NCBI GenBank assembly: GCA_046542505.1 | Contig: JBKHBH010000023.1 | Coordinates: 1 to 27,985, forward strand | Length of the DNA stretch: 27,985 bases | Source: Thermovirgaceae bacterium | GTDB taxonomy: Bacteria > Synergistota > Synergistia > Synergistales > Thermovirgaceae | Direction of reading: 5' to 3' | In this document: in pieces, positions 16,975 through 24,387 of the stretch | Position numbering within the stretch: the stretch's first letter is position 1 | Layout of the letters: each line of letters starts with the position of its first letter | Notes under the pieces: generated by a model | Seen by the model: the letters and a program-made list of their open reading frames with translations, nothing else | Database searches by the model: none | What the model was told of the DNA's origin: nothing | Made by a program: the position numbers and the translations under genes

Positions 16975-17712
16975 TCAGGTCCAGTTGTAACCTTTCTCCC
17001 AGGGCAAAAGCATCCGCCGCTGGAGAGGCCACAGCGGAACTCCGGCCTTCTCTTCAAGAATCCCGATCCGTTCATGGAGTCCCGGAGGAACCGTCGCGTA
17101 AAGCAAGGGCAACCCCGTGGCATCGGCTGCCTCGCGGGTTACTTCCAGTCCCCGGAAAAAGTCGTCTTCCGTCGTTTCCGACATGAGGTGACTGTTCCCT
17201 ACAATGGCCCCAACCTTGAGAGAACTGATCTCCTCCATCCTTCGGATCATTTCGGCGATGCCTTCCTTATCCGACGTCTTCGGCCTGAAAGCGTTGACGA
17301 CGAGAACAAGGAGGTATCCCGCCCTTTCTATGAGATCAGAGACCTGCTTGAGGGCACGCACACCTGATGCGTCCCCACCCACGTCAATGAGAAGCTTGCC
17401 CTCTTCGCTGGCCAGTGCACGGCCTACTGCAGGCGAGATAACTGGAATGTCGGACCATTTTGTGTTTTCCGGAGGGGTAATGATTGAAAGGCCCTCCTTT
17501 TCGAGGGCATTTTTTACCTGTCTGACACAAAAATAGGGGTTAATAATATCCATATCGGCGACGGTGACATCTTCTCCATCGCCAAAAAGACCATAGGCAA
17601 GATTCAAGACCCATTCGGTCTTCCCGGAGCCCAAAGCTCCCGTGACGGCCACGGCTTTCGGCCACGTGTACTCCTTCACAAGTTCACGCATCCGCTCCGT
17701 AATCGGAATCAC
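16975..17712 (-). CDS. Uncharacterised P-loop NTPase (MinD/CbiA-like) preceding the oxidoreductase genes
   Basis: Walker A GALGSGKTE, DMDIINPYF, Walker B-like IDVGG, VNAFRP and GNSHL. GTG start overlaps the fmt stop. Confidence 0.8.
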   Translation of the reverse strand: MIPITERMRELVKEYTWPKAVAVTGALGSGKTEWVLNLAYGLFGDGEDVTVADMDIINPYFCVRQVKNALEKEGLSIITPPENTKWSDIPVISPAVGRALASEEGKLLIDVGGDASGVRALKQVSDLIERAGYLLVLVVNAFRPKTSDKEGIAEMIRRMEEISSLKVGAIVGNSHLMSETTEDDFFRGLEVTREAADATGLPLLYATVPPGLHERIGILEEKAGVPLWPLQRRMLLPWEKGYNWT

Positions 17713-18644
17713 TTCAAAAGGTCACCTTCTTTCAGACCTGTTCCCCGAAACCAGGCGTCGCCCGGCTGGCGCGATTTTCCTTCCCTCTGGACCTCCCGTA
17801 GAAGCACTGCCCCTTCCAAGCAGGCCGCGACAGGAAAGCCCTTTTCCAGACGAACGATCGTCCCTGGCTCTCCTTCTTCTTGAGTTCGTTCCGTCCTCCA
17901 GATTTTCAATCTCTTGCCTCGGTGGATGATATAAGCTCCAGGGGCGGGGTTCATCGCTCTAACTGCGTTGTGCACAGAGCAAGCGGGCCGCTCCCAACTC
18001 AGCTCGGTCTCCCTCTTGTCTATTTTCGGGGCAAAGGTCGCTCTTTCATGGGGCTGTTCTCTGAATGTCAATGAACCTTCCTTGTACAATTCTAAAGCAT
18101 TTAGAAAAATCTGACCACCGCGATGCGCCAAAAGGTTGAGCATCTCTCCAGCCGTGGCATTCTCGGGAATAAATACTTTTTCCTGGAGCGCTATAGGCCC
18201 TGCGTCCATTCTTCGAACGAGGCGGAATAGTGTTACCCCCGTCGTGGTATCGCCATTGAGGATGGCTCTCTGCACAGGTGCGGCACCACGATATTCCGGA
18301 AGAAGTGACGGGTGAATATTCAGGCAACCCGGCGAATCGAGGGAAAGATAGGGCTCTGCGACCATCTGACCGAAATCTACGACGAGCATCACCTGGGGAG
18401 GGTCCCCACGAAAACGCCAGAGAAGAAAATCGTCCTTGTTCAGATCCACCGTGTGCGCTACAGGGATCTTTTGAACTGCGGCTTCCTTTTCGACGGGTGT
18501 CGGACGGACTGTCAGTCCACGACCAGACCGGGAGGGAGCCGATGTGATGACCAGCTCGACGGCGAATTTGCCCGCGAGAACCGAAAGGCACGTGGCGGCA
18601 AAGTTTCCCGTTCCGCAGAACCAGATCCTCACCCTTTTCGTCAT
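17709..18644 (-). CDS. fmt: Methionyl-tRNA formyltransferase
   Basis: GRG loop, NIHPSLLPEYRGAAPVQ, MDAG, FAPKI and C-terminal VQREGK. Confidence 0.95.
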   Translation of the reverse strand: MTKRVRIWFCGTGNFAATCLSVLAGKFAVELVITSAPSRSGRGLTVRPTPVEKEAAVQKIPVAHTVDLNKDDFLLWRFRGDPPQVMLVVDFGQMVAEPYLSLDSPGCLNIHPSLLPEYRGAAPVQRAILNGDTTTGVTLFRLVRRMDAGPIALQEKVFIPENATAGEMLNLLAHRGGQIFLNALELYKEGSLTFREQPHERATFAPKIDKRETELSWERPACSVHNAVRAMNPAPGAYIIHRGKRLKIWRTERTQEEGEPGTIVRLEKGFPVAACLEGAVLLREVQREGKSRQPGDAWFRGTGLKEGDLLK

Positions 18645-19129
18645 TCCTTCCGGCGTTTCTGCAACTTGCGCTTTATCATCTGACGCTTGAGGGGCGAAAG
18701 ATGATCAAAGAAAAGATGTCCCTTGAGATGGTCAATCTCGTGGGAGAGAGCCCGTGCCATGAATCCTTCTTCTTCAATACGTTGAGGGGTCCCGTCTTCA
18801 TCGAGGGCCTCCACTATGATCCTCGATGGCCGTTCGACCTCCTCGTAGAACCCCGGGGCACTGAGGCAGCCTTCCTCCCGGACGTCCTTTCCGTCAGACT
18901 CCATAATCCTCGGGTTAATAAGGACATACCGCTTCCCGTTCCATTCTATGACCGCAACCTGGTAGCTCACGCCGACCTGCGGTGCGGCAAGCCCGACGCC
19001 GTCATATTCTTTCATGGTCTCCCACATGTCCTCTATGAAAGCTTTCAGCTTCTCGTCGAACTCCTCGACGGGTTTTGCGGTTTCCCTGAGGACGGGGTCC
19101 GGATACTCACTGATCGGCAGAACAGCCAT
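18641..19129 (-). CDS. def: Peptide deformylase
   Basis: GVGLAAPQVG, EGCLS and HEIDH. ATG 19129 chosen by SD (GGGGAG) spacing. Confidence 0.96.
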   Translation of the reverse strand: MAVLPISEYPDPVLRETAKPVEEFDEKLKAFIEDMWETMKEYDGVGLAAPQVGVSYQVAVIEWNGKRYVLINPRIMESDGKDVREEGCLSAPGFYEEVERPSRIIVEALDEDGTPQRIEEEGFMARALSHEIDHLKGHLFFDHLSPLKRQMIKRKLQKRRKE

Positions 19130-19150
19130 TTGCATCTCCCCCCGTGAAGC

Positions 19151-19177
19151 CGGTGCCGGCTGATCGAGCCGGCACCG
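19151..19177. other. Perfect GC-rich stem-loop between rpsA and def
   Basis: CGGTGCCGGCT-N5-AGCCGGCACCG, 11 bp, with no downstream U-tract in the sense direction. Confidence 0.6.
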
Positions 19178-19192
19178 CACCAAAAGAAAGCT

Positions 19193-20836
19193 TCATTCAT
19201 CCTTGTTGTTTAAAGCCTCGTTCCAAAGGTCTCCGATGGTAACAGCCGCCTGGTCGTCATCGGTAAACTGGACCCGCTGCTTGTCCGGTTCGCTTTTCTT
19301 TCGGTCTTTATCGTCACTGCGGGTCCGACGGTATTCTTCTTCCTCTATGGCGCTTATGCTGAGGCGGATCCTCCGTTCTTCAGGCTTGATTTCGAGCACC
19401 CTGGCCTCGATCTCCTGTCCTTCCTCGAGGACGTCGGCAGGCTTTTCCACCCGCTTGCGGCTTAGCTGGGATACATGAATCAGGCCTTCAATACCCTCTT
19501 CAAGCTGTACAAAGGCTCCGAAATCGGTGAGCCGGACGACCTTGACCGGATAGTCCTGCCTGACAGCATACTTGTCTTCAACGCCCTCCCAGGGGTCGTT
19601 GAGCTGCTTGTAGCCCAGGCTCATTCTCTTGTTCTCGGAATCGACACCAAGAATCTTGACGTCAACCTGCTGTCCTTTCCTCAGGACATCCCTGGGATGT
19701 CTGATCCGCTGCCAGCTGATGTCGCCGATGTGAATGAGTCCCTCCACTCCGGGTTCCACTTCGACAAAGGCCCCGAAATCCGTGAGATTGGTCACTCTCC
19801 CGGAGACAACGTCTCCTTCGTTCCATTTTTCCAGGATGCTTTCCCATGGATCGGGCTGCAGCTGTTTTATGCTGAGCGAGATCCTGTCGCGTTCCTGATC
19901 TATGCCGATCACCTTGACAGTCACCTTGTCGCCCCTCGAGACAATTTCCCGGGGCTTGGCGTTCCGCTGCCAGGACAATTCGCTATTGTGGACGAGTCCC
20001 TCGATGGGCCCAAGGTTGACGAACACCCCGAAGGACGTGATTGTCGTCACCGTCCCCTCCAGAACATCGCCTTCGCTGGTGTTTTCGTAGAAGGCATTAC
20101 GCTCGCGGGTAAGCTCCTCCTCGAGAATGGATCTTCTCGACAGGACCAGCCGGCGTTTTCTGCGATCCTTCTCGATAATCTTCGCGTCGAAGGTCTCGTC
20201 TACCAGCTTCGAGGGATTGATGCCTCTTCCCTCTTCGGCCAGGTGGGAAATCGGGATGAATCCTTCGATGCCGTGGCAATCGACGATCAGGCCGCCCTTG
20301 ACCTTTCTGAGCCCCCTGACGGACAGGATGTCCTTTTCATCAGACTTCTCCTCGATTTCCGCCCATCGTTCGTCGAATTCGCAGCGCCATCTGCTGACGA
20401 GAAGCTGCGCCTCTTCGCCCTGCTTGAAGGATACAACCTGGACCCTGACGGTGTCGCCTGTTTCAGGAGTTTCCTTCTTCTCCACCAGAACCCTGTGGGA
20501 CCACTCGCGTCGAGGCAGAAACCCTTCGCATTTGTAGCCGACGTCAACCAGCCAGCCTTCTTCGGCGGCCTCGACAATGGTGCCGTCGACGACTTTGCCG
20601 CGACGCATTTCCCCGACTTCATACTGCTCGAGGATATCCTCCATGGTTTCCATGGTTTCTTCCATGGTTTCTTCTCCGGTTTCTTCTCCGGTTTCTTCCA
20701 TGGACTCTTCACCGGTTTCTTCTCCGGTTTCCATTGTTTCTTCCTCTTCCGCCGCCGTTTCCTTCACGTCGGCCGGTTCCGGCTGATCAAACTGCTGCTG
20801 GCTGGTGTTTTCGTTCTTCTGTTCTTCCGTCATCAT
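19193..20836 (-). CDS. rpsA: 30S ribosomal protein S1 (five S1 domains, acidic N-terminal extension)
   Basis: Five S1 repeats, three with FGxFV...EGL(V/I)H signatures, and a C-terminal TIGDL motif. Start is ATG 20836 or 20833 (SD GGAAGGT). Confidence 0.93.
   Translation of the reverse strand: MMTEEQKNENTSQQQFDQPEPADVKETAAEEEETMETGEETGEESMEETGEETGEETMEETMETMEDILEQYEVGEMRRGKVVDGTIVEAAEEGWLVDVGYKCEGFLPRREWSHRVLVEKKETPETGDTVRVQVVSFKQGEEAQLLVSRWRCEFDERWAEIEEKSDEKDILSVRGLRKVKGGLIVDCHGIEGFIPISHLAEEGRGINPSKLVDETFDAKIIEKDRRKRRLVLSRRSILEEELTRERNAFYENTSEGDVLEGTVTTITSFGVFVNLGPIEGLVHNSELSWQRNAKPREIVSRGDKVTVKVIGIDQERDRISLSIKQLQPDPWESILEKWNEGDVVSGRVTNLTDFGAFVEVEPGVEGLIHIGDISWQRIRHPRDVLRKGQQVDVKILGVDSENKRMSLGYKQLNDPWEGVEDKYAVRQDYPVKVVRLTDFGAFVQLEEGIEGLIHVSQLSRKRVEKPADVLEEGQEIEARVLEIKPEERRIRLSISAIEEEEYRRTRSDDKDRKKSEPDKQRVQFTDDDQAAVTIGDLWNEALNNKDE
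20642..20743 (-). repeat. In-frame tandem repeat in rpsA: nine 12/9-bp units encoding (E)ET(G/M)
   Basis: GAAGAAACAATG GAAACCGGA GAAGAAACCGGT GAAGAGTCCATG GAAGAAACCGGA GAAGAAACCGGA GAAGAAACCATG GAAGAAACCATG GAAACCATG. Confidence 0.9.
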
Positions 20837-20837
20837 T

Positions 20838-21725
20838 TTACCTTCCATCCTCCTTGACGCCCTGCGTTGGTGCAAGCATCGTGATGAGATCAAGAATGAG
20901 CCGGTCCGGAGTGCTCGCTCCGGCGGCTATTCCTATCGTTCTTTTTCCTTCCAACCACCTCCTGTCCATTTCCGTGGCCTGTTCGATCCACAGGGTGTGG
21001 GTGTTGAAGCTTTTGGCTATGGTGAACAGTTTTCCCGTGTTCGCACTGTTTCTGCCGCCGATGACAATCATACCATCCACGGCTCCCGCAAGTTTTTCCA
21101 CCGCCTGTTGCCTTCCGACGGTGGCCTTGCAGATCGTATTGTAGATCCTGGTTTCCTCCCCGACAAACGCGGCCCTGGCGGCGAGATCTGACAGGTCTGC
21201 CGGCCTTTGCGTCGTCTGGCTGACGATACCGATCCGCCGCCCTTCAAGGCTTTCCGGCACGTTTTTCCCCGGGGGCAGAACAAAAGCACCACCTTTGACT
21301 GATCCGGCGATGGCCTGCACTTCCGGGTGCTTCTCGTCGCCAAGGATAACCACGTCATATCCTTTTTCACCAAGGAATGCGGCTTTCCTCTGAACATTCA
21401 GCACAAATGGGCACGTCCCGTCAACCAGCTCGACGCGCCGTTTTTCGAGGTTCTGTCGATCCCTTGCGGGCAGCCCGTGAGCCCGTATGAAGGCCGCCGC
21501 ACCTTCCGGAATGTCTTCGGCCCGTCCCACGAGGACAAGCCCCATTTTTTCGAGCCTCGCCGTTTCCTGGGGATTATGGATAGGACTTCCGATACTGTAG
21601 ACGCGGCTGCGCTGCCGGAGGGCCTTTTCCAGTTTCCCAACAGCCTGTTTCACTCCGAAGCAGAAGCCCGACGGTTCAGCCGTCACAACATGAAGGCTTT
21701 TCGCGTTTTCAGGTGATTTTCCCAA
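20838..21725 (-). CDS. ispH: 4-hydroxy-3-methylbut-2-enyl diphosphate reductase
   Basis: GFCFGV, IHN, IRAHG, DGTCPFV, HPEV, SQTT, NTICKAT, SANT and AGASTP, including all three Fe-S cysteines. Start is uncertain: TTG 21725, or GTG 21686 overlapping the miaA stop. Confidence 0.94.
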   Translation of the reverse strand: MGKSPENAKSLHVVTAEPSGFCFGVKQAVGKLEKALRQRSRVYSIGSPIHNPQETARLEKMGLVLVGRAEDIPEGAAAFIRAHGLPARDRQNLEKRRVELVDGTCPFVLNVQRKAAFLGEKGYDVVILGDEKHPEVQAIAGSVKGGAFVLPPGKNVPESLEGRRIGIVSQTTQRPADLSDLAARAAFVGEETRIYNTICKATVGRQQAVEKLAGAVDGMIVIGGRNSANTGKLFTIAKSFNTHTLWIEQATEMDRRWLEGKRTIGIAAGASTPDRLILDLITMLAPTQGVKEDGR

Positions 21726-22651
21726 AGAAGTATCACTTGCCTTATCACGTCATCGGTTTCTGAACGGGTTACATCATACCACAGCGCGGGGGCGAACTTC
21801 CGGAACCAGGTCATCTGGCGTTTTGCAAAGGCCCTGGTCGCCCGGATATCCTCCTCGAGGGCTTCGTCCAGCGTTATTTCGCCCCTGTGATAGAGGACAA
21901 GCTCCCGATAACCGAACCCCTGCAAGGCCGGACAGGATTCATCATACCCCATTTTCAGGAGCCCTCGCACCTCTTCCGGGAACCCCGATTCGAACTGTGT
22001 TTCAGCCCGCCGCGCGATCCTCTCCCGGAGACTTGCCTTCGGCCGGTACAGGCCGAGGTAAAGGGGCTTCAGCACCGTTGTCCTTCTCGTTCCCTCCTCA
22101 TACCATGATGAAATCGGATACCCTGACAGACGGTAAACCTCCAGAGCCCTCAGTACTCGCCGCTTGTCATGGGGATGAATCCGTTTCGCCGAGACCGGGT
22201 CCACCATTTTGAGCTCGGCCAGCATTTCCTGGGAATTTCCACTGTTCCACTCCCCGTCCAGGGATTTTGAAAGGTGTCTGTCCCGGGGCATGGCGTTCGT
22301 CAGAATTCCCTCGAAAAGCGCCTGGTAATAGAAGGGCGTCCCCCCTGCAAGCAAAGGGATTTTCCCGCGCAGCAGGATTTCCTCGATAGCCGCCGACGCC
22401 ATTGCGACAAAGTCCGCTGCAGAGAATACCCTTTCCGGCCCTGCAACGTCAATAAGATGGTGGGGGATTTTTTCTCTTGTTTCTTCCGTGACCTTGTCCG
22501 TCCCGATGTCCAGGTGCCGGTACACCTGTCTTGAATCGACGGAGATGATTTCGCAGTCCAGGCGCCTCGCGATTTCGAGGCTCAAGAGGGTCTTGCCCAC
22601 CGCCGTGGGTCCGATGATACACAGGATACGCCGGGGGAAAACCACGGTCAT
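21683..22651 (-). CDS. miaA: tRNA dimethylallyltransferase
   Basis: GPTAVGKT, DSRQVY, IGTDK, PHHLID, RALEV and AKRQMTWF. Confidence 0.96.
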   Translation of the reverse strand: MTVVFPRRILCIIGPTAVGKTLLSLEIARRLDCEIISVDSRQVYRHLDIGTDKVTEETREKIPHHLIDVAGPERVFSAADFVAMASAAIEEILLRGKIPLLAGGTPFYYQALFEGILTNAMPRDRHLSKSLDGEWNSGNSQEMLAELKMVDPVSAKRIHPHDKRRVLRALEVYRLSGYPISSWYEEGTRRTTVLKPLYLGLYRPKASLRERIARRAETQFESGFPEEVRGLLKMGYDESCPALQGFGYRELVLYHRGEITLDEALEEDIRATRAFAKRQMTWFRKFAPALWYDVTRSETDDVIRQVILLWENHLKTRKAFML

Positions 22652-24387
22652 TCCCTCCCGAAAAGCCGCCCGAGCCTGGCGGCGTCAAGGGATATCGAGG
22701 TGGGGCGCCCATGCGGACAGGATTCAGGGTGCATGCAGGCCGAAAGATCCCGCCACAAACTCATGGCTTCTTTCGTCTCGAAAGATTCTCCCAGCTTGAC
22801 GGCCCTCTTGCAGGCCAGAAGGGCCCAGCGCGCCTGCAGCTTCGGCCTGGACTCGACCCCCTGTGACCTTTCCAGCTCTTCCACGGCCGTCCTGAGCATT
22901 TCGAGGGGGGTGAGCATCAGACCGCCTGATACAGCGGGAACTGCCGTCAGTAGAGTCTGGCCTTCCTTTTCGGCCAGAAAAAAACCTTCTCTTTCAAGAG
23001 CCTTCGTAAAATCCGCGGCCGAAGCCGCCAGCGTCGGCGGAAGAGCTTCCGGGACCGAGAGGTTCTGGCTTTTGCCCTTTTCGCACTCGATGCGCGAAAG
23101 GGCCTTTTCGTAAAGGATCCGCTCATGGGCTGCGTGGGGGTCGACGATCACGAGGCTGTCCCCTGCTTTGAAGAGCAGGTACCCGCTGTCAAGCATGCCG
23201 AAATAACGAAAGCTTTCGTCGTGATCCACATCAGCTTCACAGGCCTTTTCACTCTTCGGGTCTGGAGGCGGTTCGCTCACTCTGGCGAAAAGAGACGCCG
23301 CCCCGGTGGTGTCGCCCCGAAAGGACGTTTCAAGGCTGCGTGTTTTGCCCAAAGGCCCGAGAGGGGATTTCGGAAACTCCCGGGACCCGATGTTCCATCC
23401 CTCAAATTGGGCCTTTCCCTCCCGCCCGCCTGTCAGGCTTTCCGCCACCCCTGAGACTGCCTGGAAGATCTCGCCGCTGTTTTTGAAACGGACCTCCGCT
23501 TTCGCGGGATGAATATTGACGTCCACCGACGGCGGAGGAACATCGACGAGAAGGAACCAGGTGCCTGCGGCTTTCGGCCCCAGGGAAGAAACGGCGGCCC
23601 TCACCGCCGGATCGTTCACGCGTCTTCCGTTGACGAAGATCGTCAGCGTCAACCTGCTTCCCGTGGTATGGGGCTGCCACCAGGCCTCGATAGCCACATC
23701 GCCCGATTGGCCTTTCCTTGAGAGCAGCCTTGGGTCTTTTCCCCACTGGGACTCCAGGACGGTCTTGCGGTACTTTCCGCCTCCCGAGTCAAACAACGGC
23801 TTCCCGTCACTGGTCAGGGAAAAGCCCACATCAGGATACGCAACGGCATATTCACGCAAAAGACGCGCCACCTTTCTGGTTTCCGAGGCGGCCTGCTTCA
23901 GGAATTTCCTTCTTGCGGGGAGATTGAAGAAAAGGTCGTCGGCCTGAACCCTGGTCCCCTTTTCGGAGGAAATCTCCAGGTGCGCTTCCACGATGCCCCC
24001 GTTACACCTGATAAGTCCTCCCTTGACAGCCCCGTCGGAGAGGCTCCGGATCTCCAGGCGGCTCACGGCCCCAAGGCTTGCAAGAGCCTCGCCACGGTAT
24101 CCCAGCGTCCCGATGGATTCGAGATCGTCCGCGCTGTCGATCTTGCTCGTGGCAAAACGCTCGACGGCAAGAGGGAGCTCGTCGAAAGCGATGCCGATAC
24201 CGTCGTCCTCGACGACGATCCTGGCCTTGCCGCCCTGGCGAAGGCTGACACGGACTTGCGTCGAGGACGCATCGAGTGCGTTTTCTAGGAGCTCTTTGAC
24301 GACACTTGCCGGATTTTCTATCACTTCGCCCGCCGCTATGCGGCTCGAAACGGATTCGTCGAGGCGTTTTATCCTTTTCGCCTTCAT
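22648..24387 (-). CDS. mutL: DNA mismatch repair endonuclease MutL
   Basis: AAGEVIENPASVVKELLENALDA, GYRGEAL, DVNIHPAK; C-terminal DPHAAHERILYE, ACK and CPHGRP. Confidence 0.96.
   Translation of the reverse strand: MKAKRIKRLDESVSSRIAAGEVIENPASVVKELLENALDASSTQVRVSLRQGGKARIVVEDDGIGIAFDELPLAVERFATSKIDSADDLESIGTLGYRGEALASLGAVSRLEIRSLSDGAVKGGLIRCNGGIVEAHLEISSEKGTRVQADDLFFNLPARRKFLKQAASETRKVARLLREYAVAYPDVGFSLTSDGKPLFDSGGGKYRKTVLESQWGKDPRLLSRKGQSGDVAIEAWWQPHTTGSRLTLTIFVNGRRVNDPAVRAAVSSLGPKAAGTWFLLVDVPPPSVDVNIHPAKAEVRFKNSGEIFQAVSGVAESLTGGREGKAQFEGWNIGSREFPKSPLGPLGKTRSLETSFRGDTTGAASLFARVSEPPPDPKSEKACEADVDHDESFRYFGMLDSGYLLFKAGDSLVIVDPHAAHERILYEKALSRIECEKGKSQNLSVPEALPPTLAASAADFTKALEREGFFLAEKEGQTLLTAVPAVSGGLMLTPLEMLRTAVEELERSQGVESRPKLQARWALLACKRAVKLGESFETKEAMSLWRDLSACMHPESCPHGRPTSISLDAARLGRLFGRE

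Noticed and set aside
20642..20743. Repeat as a CRISPR array
   Set aside because: Units are 9-12 bp, contiguous, lack spacers and lie in frame within rpsA; no cas genes.
19475..20857. 460-aa plus-strand ORF with FFHGFF repeats
   Set aside because: Antisense shadow of rpsA; the repeat is the complement of the EETG/EETM repeat.
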